Assembly: GCF_028291725.1 (NCBI RefSeq)
Contig: NZ_JAQGNT010000062.1
Location: 2,966 to 66,965, forward strand
Direction of reading: 5' to 3'
Length of the DNA stretch: 64,000 bases
Source of the DNA: Hydrocarboniphaga sp.
GTDB lineage: Bacteria; Pseudomonadota; Gammaproteobacteria; Nevskiales; Nevskiaceae
Positions 47,694-56,800 of the stretch are shown here, piece by piece. The notes under the pieces were generated by a model. The model did no database searches. It worked only from the letters and a program-made list of their open reading frames with translations, and had not been told where the DNA came from. Within the stretch, counting starts at the first letter, position 1. Every line of letters starts with the position of its first letter. Position numbers and translations under genes: made by a program.

Positions 47694-47761
47694 ATCCGCT
47701 TTCCCAGCCTTTTCGTGTTGCCGCTTGCGATCCGCGCAGGAACCGCTGTGGTATAGGTCGA

Positions 47762-49156
47762 TCAGTTCTTCAAGTCGTTGTTCTGCTGCGCCTGCGGCGC
47801 CAGCAGCAGCGCGTCGATCTCGGCGAAATCGCGCTCGCTCAGGCGACCAACGGTCTGCTTGAGCTGCAGCAGGTTCAGCAGCAGGTTGTAGCGCGTGGTC
47901 GACAGGTCGAGCCGCGCCTGCACCAGCTGACTCTGCGCATTGAGCACGTCGGTGATGGTGCGCGTGCCGGCGTCGTAGCCGTTACGCGTCGCCGCCTGCG
48001 CGGCTTCCGCCGAGGTCACCGATTTCTCATAGGCGCGGTTCTCGATGTACGCGGTCTCGACGCTGCGGAACAGCTGCCGGGTCTCGCGCTCGGTTTCGCG
48101 CTGGATGCGCTCGAAATCCGCCGCAGCAGCGCGCTGCTGCGCAGCCGCCTGACGCAGACCGGCGCGGGTCGCGCCACCCGCGTAGATCGGTATGTTGAGT
48201 TCGACGCCGATGCGCGCATCGTCGGTGCGTGAGCCGAACGCGTAGTGGCTGGTGTCGTCGCGGCCGGCGCTGCCGACCAGATCCAGCGTCGGGTAGGCCT
48301 GCGCACGCGTGGTCTCGGAGCGCGTGCGCGCGATCTCCGCAGCGACCTGCGCGCTGGCGATGCGCGGGCTGGCGGCGCGCGCGGCGGCGACCCATTCCTC
48401 GGCGGTCGCCGGCATCAGCGCCGGAAACGTGACCTGCGCCGGCAGCGCCGGCAGCGCCGCCGCGCCGTTACCGGTGGTCTCCTGCAACTCGTCGCGCGCG
48501 TTTTCCAGATTGCGCCGCGCCGTCACACGCTGCGCCTGCGCCAGATCCTGGCGCGCCTGCGCTTCCTTCAGATCCGTACCCGGCACCAGTTCGACTTCGT
48601 AGCGCTTGCGCGTGTCTTCCAGCGACTGGTCGACGGCCTGCGCCTCAGCCTCGGCCTGGTCGAGCTGGCTCTGCGCGATCAGCACGTTGAAGTAGCGCTC
48701 GGCGACACGGCGCTGCAGATCAAGCCTCGCGCTGCGCAGCGTCAGCTCGGCCTGGCTTTCGAGCGCGTCGGCGCGATCGCCGATCGCGAACCAGTCGAGC
48801 CGGAACAGTGGCTGACGCAGCTTCGCGGTCGCGCCCCAGGTCGGATAGTCGTCCTGGGCGCTGCCGAACACACCTTTCGACCGGGTGTCGGCATAGGTGC
48901 CGGTGCCCTGTAAATCGACAGTCGGCCGGATCGTCGCGCGCTCGATGATGCCGGCCTCGCGGTCGGACTCGAACTGCGCCTCGAACACCGCCGCAGTGGG
49001 ATCGTGCGTGCGCGCGGCGTCGTAGGCCTCGCTCAGGCTCATCGCGCCGGCGTTGCCGCAGACACAGACTGCGGCAACGCCGGCGGCCCCGAGCACGCGG
49101 CGGATCATGCCGCGACTCAGGCGGGGCAAGGTCTCAGACCTCGCAGCATTGTTCAT
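47762..49156 (-). CDS. TolC-family outer membrane efflux protein
   Basis: MSLSEAYDAARTHDPTAAVFEAQ and duplicated coiled-coil/beta-barrel repeats ending LLQLKQTVGRLSERDFAEIDALL. Confidence 0.9.
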   Translation of the reverse strand: MNNAARSETLPRLSRGMIRRVLGAAGVAAVCVCGNAGAMSLSEAYDAARTHDPTAAVFEAQFESDREAGIIERATIRPTVDLQGTGTYADTRSKGVFGSAQDDYPTWGATAKLRQPLFRLDWFAIGDRADALESQAELTLRSARLDLQRRVAERYFNVLIAQSQLDQAEAEAQAVDQSLEDTRKRYEVELVPGTDLKEAQARQDLAQAQRVTARRNLENARDELQETTGNGAAALPALPAQVTFPALMPATAEEWVAAARAASPRIASAQVAAEIARTRSETTRAQAYPTLDLVGSAGRDDTSHYAFGSRTDDARIGVELNIPIYAGGATRAGLRQAAAQQRAAAADFERIQRETERETRQLFRSVETAYIENRAYEKSVTSAEAAQAATRNGYDAGTRTITDVLNAQSQLVQARLDLSTTRYNLLLNLLQLKQTVGRLSERDFAEIDALLLAPQAQQNNDLKN

Positions 49157-49862
49157 CGAACACCTCGGTGAAAATTCTCTGTATCAATGCGTCGAGCGCC
49201 GCATCGTCGGACACGTCGAAGTAGGGCTGCCAGCCCTGACCGTTCAATAGCGACTGCAGATGACGGCACATCAGGCGGTAGGGATCGGGCACCGCGAACG
49301 GATGCATCACCCCTTCCGTGTGCACCAGGTTGTGCATGCCGACCACCAGCGCCCAAAGCCCCAGGCAGACCTGCTCGGCCGGCATGCCCCTGAGGTCGAG
49401 CGAACCGGCCGCGACGGCATCGTTGACGATGCCGACCGCGATCGCCGCGATCGGCGCCTCGGCGTCGAGCACGGACTGGCGGCGCGCCGCCGAAGCCGCG
49501 GTCCAGACTACCTCGCAAAATGCGTACTGGGACATGCGGAAGTGGTCGGGGCTGCGGCGCACGAACAGCATGTCGGCGACCGCGATCCCGAAAATGCGCT
49601 CGCGGGGCGGCGCCCGCCACCGCGCCAGGCGCTCGATCAACTCGGCGTGCTCGACCACGTCCTGCCGCGTCAACTCCAGCAGCAGGTCTTCCTTGGACGC
49701 GAAATGCTGGTACAGGGTGCCGACCGCGTATTCGCATTTCTCGGCGATCCGGGCCATCTGCAGGTTCAGCAGGCCCTCGCTGCGGATCAGCTCGCGCGCG
49801 GTCTCCAGGATCAGTTGCTCCCGGTTGCCCAGTTCCCTCTGGCGTCGCTCCCTGGTTCCCAC
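49134..49862 (-). CDS. TetR/AcrR family transcriptional regulator
   Basis: TetR_N HTH ILETARELIRSEGLLNLQMARIAEKCEYAVGTLYQHFASKEDLL. First gene of the efflux operon. Confidence 0.9.
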   Translation of the reverse strand: MGTRERRQRELGNREQLILETARELIRSEGLLNLQMARIAEKCEYAVGTLYQHFASKEDLLLELTRQDVVEHAELIERLARWRAPPRERIFGIAVADMLFVRRSPDHFRMSQYAFCEVVWTAASAARRQSVLDAEAPIAAIAVGIVNDAVAAGSLDLRGMPAEQVCLGLWALVVGMHNLVHTEGVMHPFAVPDPYRLMCRHLQSLLNGQGWQPYFDVSDDAALDALIQRIFTEVFDEQCCEV

Positions 49863-49869
49863 AACCGCA

Positions 49870-49903
49870 TCCGTTCTTTTTTTGAATTATGTTCAAGAAC
49901 GGA
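49870..49903. promoter_or_regulatory. Candidate TetR operator / promoter-overlapping inverted repeat
   Basis: tccgttctt-N16(AT-rich tttttgaattatgttc)-aagaacgga, 8-40 nt upstream of the tetR start codon. Confidence 0.35.
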
Positions 49904-49983
49904 GCGGAGATCAAGATATCCCTTGCGCGAACATTGCCCGAAGGGCGGCATGCTTCTAGCGATCCGTTGACCCGAAGCGACGT

Positions 49984-50256
49984 CTAGGGCCCGCTGACCA
50001 CTAGTCGATCGCTGCGTTGCCGCCCAACAGACGGCCAGACAAGGCGCGAGGAGGAAGCATAGTGGTGACTATGGTGACGACGAGCAACGCGGTATGGCCG
50101 TCTGTTGGGCGGCAACCCGGAGGGCTGGCCCCGAAAAGGGCGCATTGCGGCGTCTCTCCCTCCTTGTGTACATTGAGTACACTGCGTCGGTCGTTCCTTG
50201 CACTGCGCCCTTTTCGGGGCCAGCGCAGCGACCGCCTAGTGGTCAGCAGGCCCTAG
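49984..50256. repeat. 273-bp nested-palindrome, MITE-like element
   Basis: 21-bp terminal inverted repeats ctagggcccgctgaccactag and ctagtggtcagcaggccctag (20/21). Internal perfect 21-bp stem (50016-50036 with 50096-50116). Internal perfect 18-bp stem (50127-50144 with 50204-50221). Confidence 0.5.
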
Positions 50257-50274
50257 GCCAGGATGCAGGCCAAT

Positions 50275-50392
50275 AGTCGACTAGGGTTCCGGCTGCAGCA
50301 GCTGCTGCGGCGCCTGGACCGAGAGTCGACGACCTCAGCAGCACGGTTCATACCGATTGGGGTTACACGGCGGGATAAAAGCCCGGGAGATC
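50275..50392 (+). promoter_or_regulatory. Guanidine-I riboswitch (ykkC-yxkD class)
   Basis: Contains the three conserved blocks as I recall them: CTAGGGTTCCGG, GGACCGAGAG (consensus GGUCCGAGAG) and ACACGGCGGGATAAAAGCCCGGGAGA. P1 pairing gtcga/tcgac flanks the first two blocks. Sits upstream of a NitT/TauT-type ABC transporter and urea-carboxylase operon, the classic context. Confidence 0.85.
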
Positions 50393-50505
50393 ACGTTGCG
50401 CTTTCACGAGCGACTTTGCGTGAGGTCTTCCGCCCACCGTTGTAACGCTGCCGAGGTTCGCATGAGCGCCATCGAGTTCGCCTTCTCCAGTCGCAGGCTC
50501 GCGCC

Positions 50506-51321
50506 ATGCGGCTGATCAACCGCGTGCCGACGCCCGGGCTGCGCATCGGCCTGGCACTGTTGCCGCTGCTGCTGATGGCACTGATCTACCTGAGCGCCTC
50601 GGCCCAGCGTCACGCGGTCAATCCCGACGACAAGCTGCTGCCCAGCGCGGCGCAGATGGTCACGGCGGTCCAGCACATGGGCTTCGAACAGGACACGCGC
50701 AGCGGCCGCTATCTGCTGTGGGCCGATACCGGCGCGAGCCTGCGCCGCCTGGCATTGGGCCTGGGATTGTCAGCGGCGATCGGCCTGGTGTTCGGCATCG
50801 CCGCCGGTACGCTGCCGCTGTTCGCGGCGCCGGTGTCGCCGCTGGTGGCGGTGCTGTCGATGATTCCGCCGCTGGCGGTGCTGCCGATCCTGTTCATCGT
50901 GTTCGGCCTGGACGAGCTGTCCAAAGTCATGCTGATCACCATCGGTGTCGCGCCGATGCTGGTGCGCGATCTCGAGCACCAGGCGCTGCAGATGCCGCGC
51001 GAACTGCTGATCAAGGCGCAGACCCTGGGCGCGAACACCTGGACCACGATCACGCGCGTGGTGCTGCCACAGCTGCTGCCGCGACTGCTGATCGCCTTGC
51101 GCCTGCAACTCGGCTGCGCCTGGCTGTTCCTGATTTCGGCGGAGGCGATCGCCTCCACCGACGGCCTCGGCTATCGCATCTTCCTGATGCGCCGTTATCT
51201 CGCGATGGACGTGATCCTGCCCTATGTCGCCTGGATCACGCTGCTCGCCTACTCGATGGACTGGCTGCTGCGGCGACTGACCGCACGCGCGTTCCCGTGG
51301 TTCGCGGAGAGCGGCAAATGA
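50506..51321 (+). CDS. ABC transporter permease (NitT/TauT nitrate/sulfonate/bicarbonate family; urea-carboxylase-associated type)
   Basis: 6-TM BPD_transp_1 protein with an EAA-like loop (LITIGVAPMLVRDLEHQALQMPRELLIKAQTLGA). Confidence 0.9.
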   Translation: MRLINRVPTPGLRIGLALLPLLLMALIYLSASAQRHAVNPDDKLLPSAAQMVTAVQHMGFEQDTRSGRYLLWADTGASLRRLALGLGLSAAIGLVFGIAAGTLPLFAAPVSPLVAVLSMIPPLAVLPILFIVFGLDELSKVMLITIGVAPMLVRDLEHQALQMPRELLIKAQTLGANTWTTITRVVLPQLLPRLLIALRLQLGCAWLFLISAEAIASTDGLGYRIFLMRRYLAMDVILPYVAWITLLAYSMDWLLRRLTARAFPWFAESGK

Positions 51322-52136
51322 GCGCACCGGCGGAGGCGGCGGCGTTTCTCGAGTTCCGCCATATCTGGCAGGAATACGGCCCGCACGTGGTGCTGGAGAA
51401 CGTCTCGCTAAGCGTGAATCGCGGCGAATTCTGCACCCTGGTCGGTGCGTCCGGTTGCGGCAAATCCACTTTCCTGCGCCTGCTGCTGGGCCAGGAATCA
51501 CCGAGCCGCGGGCGCATCCTGCTCGACGGCGCCGCGCTCGCAGCCGAGCCCGACGCCACGCGCGGCATCGTGTTCCAGCGCTACTCGGTGTTCCCGCATC
51601 TGACCGTGCGCGACAACGTGATGCTCGGGCTCGAATTGCAGGCGGCGCGCGTCGTCGGCCGGCTGTATGGCAGCGCAAAGCGCCAGGCGCGCGAAACCGC
51701 CGAGCAGATGCTGGCTTCGGTCGGGCTGACGCATTCGATGGCGCTGTACCCGTCGCGCCTGTCCGGCGGCATGCAGCAGCGTCTGGCGCTGGCGCAGGCG
51801 CTGGTGATGCGGCCGCGCGTGCTGCTGCTCGACGAGCCTTTCGGCGCGCTCGACCCCGGCATCCGCCGCGACATGCATGGGCTGCTGCTCGATCTCTGGA
51901 AGCAGACCGGCGTCACCGTGTTCATGGTCACGCACGATCTATCCGAAGGCTTTCGCCTGGGCACGCGGCTGCTGGTATTCGACAAGCTGCGCGTCGATCC
52001 GCAGCACCCCCAGGCCTACGGCGCGCGCATCACCTACGACATCCCGCTGAACCAGGATCGCCGCGCGGCCGTGCTCGATGCACTGCCGCCGGATCTGGTG
52101 ACGCAACTCAGCACGCGCGAGGTTTCCACTTCATGA
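51318..52136 (+). CDS. ABC transporter ATP-binding protein
   Basis: Walker A GASGCGKST, signature LSGGMQQR, Walker B LLLDEPFGALD. ATGA overlap with the permease. Confidence 0.95.
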   Translation: MSAPAEAAAFLEFRHIWQEYGPHVVLENVSLSVNRGEFCTLVGASGCGKSTFLRLLLGQESPSRGRILLDGAALAAEPDATRGIVFQRYSVFPHLTVRDNVMLGLELQAARVVGRLYGSAKRQARETAEQMLASVGLTHSMALYPSRLSGGMQQRLALAQALVMRPRVLLLDEPFGALDPGIRRDMHGLLLDLWKQTGVTVFMVTHDLSEGFRLGTRLLVFDKLRVDPQHPQAYGARITYDIPLNQDRRAAVLDALPPDLVTQLSTREVSTS

Positions 52137-52855
52137 GCCACGAGCTTGGCGAACTTTATAGCGACCTTCTGCCCGGCGGCGCGCACTGGTCGGCGGTGAT
52201 CCGGCGCGGCCAGAGCCTGCGCATCACCGATCTGGAAGGCGGTGCCAACCTCGCGCTGCTCGCCTACGCGGCCAGCGAGAAAACCGAGCGCCTGAATCTG
52301 CCGGACACGCTGAAGTGCCAGCACTCCGCGCGACTCACCGCCGGCCATTGCCTGTACTCGGACATGGGGCACGTATTGCTGTGCATCACCCAGGACTCGC
52401 TGGGCTGGCACGACGCGATCGGCGGCGTGAGCAATGCGGCCGAGGTGCTGCAGCAGTTCGGTGCCGGCGACTTTCAGGATCTGCGCAACAGCTTCCATCG
52501 CAACGGCCAGGACAACCTGCTGGTCGAGATCGGCAAGTGGGGGCTGACGCGGCGCGATCTGGCGATGAACGTGAATTTCTTTTCCAAAGTGGTCGCCGAT
52601 GATGAAGGCCGATTTGCGTTTGCGACGCCGCATTCGAAGGCCGGCGACTTCGTCGAACTGGTCGCGCCTATGGACACGCTGGTCGTGCTGACCGCGATCC
52701 AGCATCCGCTGGATCCGGTGACCGCCTATGCGCCGAAGCCGGTGCGGCTGAGTGTGTCGCGCGTTGACGATCTGGATGCCGCAATCGCCGCCTGTCGCGC
52801 GTCGCGGCCAGAGAATGCGCGGGGATTGGCGCTGACCGAAAGGCTGGCACTGTGA
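52133..52855 (+). CDS. DUF1989 urea-carboxylase-associated protein (carboxyguanidine deiminase subunit-like)
   Basis: LPGGAHWSAVIRRGQSLRITDLEGGANLALLAY...NVNFFSKV...GDFVELVAPMDTLVVLTA. ATGA overlap with the ATPase gene. Confidence 0.85.
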   Translation: MSHELGELYSDLLPGGAHWSAVIRRGQSLRITDLEGGANLALLAYAASEKTERLNLPDTLKCQHSARLTAGHCLYSDMGHVLLCITQDSLGWHDAIGGVSNAAEVLQQFGAGDFQDLRNSFHRNGQDNLLVEIGKWGLTRRDLAMNVNFFSKVVADDEGRFAFATPHSKAGDFVELVAPMDTLVVLTAIQHPLDPVTAYAPKPVRLSVSRVDDLDAAIAACRASRPENARGLALTERLAL

Positions 52856-52876
52856 TGATGCTGCGGGGCCTCAATC

Positions 52877-52950
52877 GCGGACAAGGTCCGCTCCTACAGG
52901 CTTTCTGCGCCGCCTTCGTTGCGCGCCCTGTAGGAGCGGACCTTGTCCGC
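52877..52950. repeat. REP family 3 inverted pair (unit GTAG-GAGCGGAC-CTT-GTCCGC)
   Basis: gcggacaaggtccgctcctac at 52877-52897 and gtaggagcggaccttgtccgc at 52930-52950, between the two DUF1989 genes. Confidence 0.85.
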
Positions 52951-52991
52951 GAAGCTTTCCGTGACGACATGCAAGACCTCGGAGCCACGAA

Positions 52992-53633
52992 GTGAACTTC
53001 ATCGAAAGCCCCTTGAAACCCGAAGCCGCCATCCGCCGCGAAATCGTCCGTGCCGGCGAGCCTTACCTGGGCGAAGTGCGCGCCGGGCAGACACTGCGCA
53101 TTCTCGACCTGACCGGTAACCAGGCGGTCGATACCTTGTTCTACAACGCGCACGATCCCACTGAGCGCTACGACGCGCAGGCGACGCTGCGGGCACAGCG
53201 CCAGGTTTACTTAAGCACCGGATCGAAGCTGCAGTCCACGCTCGGCCGCACGCTGCTGACCATCACCGCCGACACCTGCGGCCGCCACGACACGCTCGGC
53301 GGCGCCTGCGCGCAGGAATCGAACATGGTGCGCTACGCGCTGGACAAGCGGCATATGCACAGCTGCCGGGACAGCTTCCTGCGCGCGATCGCGCACGATG
53401 GTCGCTTAGCCAAGCGCGACCTGACCGCGAACATCAATTTCTTCATGAACGTGCCGGTTACACCGGACGGCGGGCTGACGTTCGAAGATGGCGTTTCCGC
53501 GCCCGGCAAGTACGTCGAGATGTGCGCCGAGATCGATGTGCTGGTGCTGATCTCCAACTGCCCGCAGCTGAACAATCCCTGCAACGCCTACAACCCCACC
53601 CCGATCGAGGTGCTGGTGTGGGCGGCTGCGTAG
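52992..53633 (+). CDS. DUF1989 urea-carboxylase-associated protein (second paralogous subunit)
   Basis: GTG start with a [40 protein letters not shown]...[10 protein letters not shown]...[20 protein letters not shown]. Confidence 0.85.
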   Translation: MNFIESPLKPEAAIRREIVRAGEPYLGEVRAGQTLRILDLTGNQAVDTLFYNAHDPTERYDAQATLRAQRQVYLSTGSKLQSTLGRTLLTITADTCGRHDTLGGACAQESNMVRYALDKRHMHSCRDSFLRAIAHDGRLAKRDLTANINFFMNVPVTPDGGLTFEDGVSAPGKYVEMCAEIDVLVLISNCPQLNNPCNAYNPTPIEVLVWAAA

Positions 53634-53793
53634 GGCGGGCCATCGTCACGGTGTCGGAGCGCAGCGACGTGGGTGCGGACGATGGCCCACGCGGCCCCTC
53701 CCGCACCCACGCTGTCGCGACACCGTGTCGGGGCCGCGCCGTGACCCGCCGGTATATCGCCGACTTTGACAACGGCGGGTCACGACCCGCCCT
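53629..53793. repeat. Cluster of GC-rich hairpins / REP family 4 (unit GTAG-GGCGGGTC-G-GACCCGCC)
   Basis: Stems gggccatcgtc/gacgatggccc, cgcggcccc/ggggccgcg and gtgacccgcc/ggcgggtcac. A clean unit ggcgggtcacgacccgccctac lies at 53772-53793. It fills most of the 215-nt gap before the carboxylase gene. Confidence 0.7.
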
Positions 53794-53848
53794 ACGCTCC
53801 GGGACGACCTGCGAGCGTGGTGACCGCCCGACACTCACGAGCCTGAGC

Positions 53849-56800
53849 ATGTTCGACACCGTCCTGATCGCCAACCGCGGCGCCATCGCCGTCCGCATCC
53901 TGCGCACGCTGAAAACCCTGGGCGCGCGCAGCGTCGCGGTGTACAGCGAATCCGACTTCGCCAGCCTGCATGTCGAGCGCGCCGACGAGGCGATCAGTCT
54001 CGGCGAAGGCGCGGCCGCGGCGACTTATCTCGACGCCGCGAAAATTCTGGCTGCAGCGAAAACCAGCGGCGCGCAGGCGATCCATCCCGGCTATGGCTTC
54101 CTGTCCGAGAACGCCAGGTTCGCCGAGGCGGTCGAAGCCGCCGGCCTGGCGTTCATCGGGCCGACGCCGCAGCAGATGCGCGCCTTCGGCCTGAAGCACA
54201 CCGCCCGCGCGCTGGCCAAGGCCAACGGCCTGCCGCTGCTCGAAGGCACCGAGCTGCTCGATTCGCTGGCGCACGCGCATACCGAAGCCGAGCGTGTCGG
54301 CTATCCGGTGATGCTGAAAAGCACCGCCGGCGGCGGCGGCATCGGCATGCGCGTCTGCCGCAGCGCCGACGAGCTCGCCGCGCAGTTCGATGCGGTGAAG
54401 CGGCTCAGCGAAAACAACTTCCGCGACGCCGGCGTATTCCTGGAGCAATACATCACGCGGGCACGGCACATCGAAGTGCAGATTTTTGGCGACGGCAAAG
54501 GCGCCGTGATCGCGCTCGGCGAACGCGATTGCTCGGTGCAGCGGCGCAACCAGAAAGTGATCGAGGAAACGCCGGCGCCAGGGCTCAGCGATGCGCTGCG
54601 CGCCGAGTTGCAGGTGGCGGCGATCAAGCTCGCCGCCGCGGTTGACTACCGCAATGCCGGCACCGTCGAGTTCGTCTACGACGACGATGCGCAGCGCTTC
54701 TATTTTCTGGAAGTGAATACACGGCTGCAGGTCGAGCACGGCGTCACCGAGCAGGTGTTCGGCGTCGATCTGGTGAGCTGGATGCTGAAGCTCGCATCCG
54801 GCGATCTGCCGCCGCTGAGCGAACTCGCGGCCGCGCTGAAGCCGCAAGGCCACGCGATGCAGGCGCGGGTCTACGCCGAAGATCCGGGCCGCGACTTCCG
54901 GCCCAGCCCGGGCCGCCTGAGCCTGGTGCGCTTTCCTCAAGCCGACGGCCACGCGCTGCGCATCGACACCTGGGTGCGCAGCGGCAGCGAGGTGCCGCCT
55001 TGGTTCGACCCGATGATCGCCAAAGTGATCGTGCATGCCAACACGCGCGAACAGGCGCGTGCCGCGCTCGATGAGGCGCTGGCGCGAACCGAACTCTATG
55101 GCCTGGAAACGAATCGCGATTATCTGCGCCAGATTCTGGCCTTCGCACCGTATGTCGAGGGCCGCGCCTGGACGCGCTGCCTCGAAGGCCTGCACTACCG
55201 GCCGCATACGCTGGAAGTGCTGGCGCCGGGCACGCAGACCACGGTGCAGGACTGGCCCGGACGCCTGCGTTACTGGGACGTCGGCATACCGCCTTCGGGG
55301 CCGATGGACGATCGCGCGCTGCGTCTGGGCAATGCCCTGCTCGGCAATCCGCCCGAGGCCGCCGCATTCGAAATCACGCTGGCCGGGCCAACGCTGCGTT
55401 TCAACACCGACGCGGTGATCGCGGTCACCGGCGCGAGCTTGCCGGTGACGCTGGACGGCGACGCGGTCGCGATGAATGTCAGCCTGTTGGTCGACGCCGG
55501 TTCGACGCTCGCCATCGGCCGCATCGCCGGAGCCGGCGCGCGCGCCTATCTTTGTATACGGGGCGGCGTGCAGCTGCCCGACTATCTGGGATCACGCAGC
55601 ACGTTCACGCTCGGGCAGTTCGGTGGTCATGGTGGCCGCGCGCTGGCGGCCAGCGACGTGCTGCATCTGCTGCCGCTGCGGGATCGCTCGGCCGGTGCGC
55701 AGCTCGCGGTCGATTGCCGCTTGCCTGCGGTACGCGAGCTGCGCGTGCTCTACGGCCCGCACGCGGCGCCGGAATATTTCACGGCCGCCTACATGCAGCG
55801 CTTCTTCGATGCCGACTGGGAAGTGCATTTCAATTCGTCGCGCACCGGCGTCCGCCTGATCGGGCCCAAGCCGGAATGGGTACGCGAGGACGGCGGCGAA
55901 GCCGGCCTGCATCCGTCCAATATCCACGACAACGCCTACGCGATCGGCGCGGTGGATTTCACCGGCGACATGCCGGTCATCCTCGGGCCCGACGGGCCCA
56001 GCCTCGGCGGCTTTGTCTGCCCGGTGACGGTGATCGAAGCGGATCTGTGGCAGCTGGGGCAGCTGAAGGCCGGCGATAAGCTGCGGTTTGTCGAGGTGAG
56101 TTACGAGGCGGCGCGCGAGCTTTTCGCAGAGCGCCTGAACGAGATCGAACATATTTCTCCCTCCCCCGCCTGCGGGGGAGGCGTTTGGCCTATCGCGGAG
56201 TGGCATTGGCCACTCCGCGACCAAGCCAAACGCGGGTGGGGGCGCGACGATCAGAGCAGCTCCGCGACGAATGCCCCCATCCCAGCCTTCCCCCGCTTGC
56301 GGGGGAAGGAGACAAGCAACGTGCTGCACTCCCCGATCCTGCTCGAAACCGGCAGCGGCTCCGCGCGGCTGGTCGCGCGCCTTTCGGGCGACACTCATCT
56401 GCTGCTGGAATTCGGCGATGCCGAACTCGATCTGGCGCTGCGCTTCCGCGTCGATGCGCTGATGACGGCGTTCGTCGAGCGCAAACTCGACGGTGTCGTC
56501 GATGTGACGCCGGGCGTACGCAGCCTGCAGATTCACTACCAGCCCCCGATGCTCACCTTGCAGACGCTGCTCGATGAAGTCGCCGCACTGTGGCGGCGTT
56601 TTCACGACGCCCGCGACATCCGGCTGCCGTCGCGCATCGTGCATCTGCCGTTGTCCTGGGACGATCCGGCAACGAAGCTCGCAATCGAAAAATACATGAC
56701 GACGGTGCGCCCGAATGCGCCCTGGTGTCCGTCCAACCTGGAGTTCATCCGCCGCGTCAACGGACTCGCCAGCATCGACGAGGTCAAGCGCATCGTGTTC

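Noticed and set aside
50017-50256. 79-aa ORF inside the nested-palindrome element (an AGGAGG lies upstream)
   Set aside because: The ORF is built from the palindrome arms, so the reading frame mirrors itself. It is Arg/Pro/Ser-rich, has no homology I recognise, and ends in the terminal inverted repeat.
53522-53848. 109-codon N-terminal extension of the carboxylase ORF
   Set aside because: The extension runs through the REP/hairpin cluster and encodes Arg/Gly-rich sequence. The canonical biotin carboxylase N-terminus MFDTVLIANRGAIA begins at 53849.
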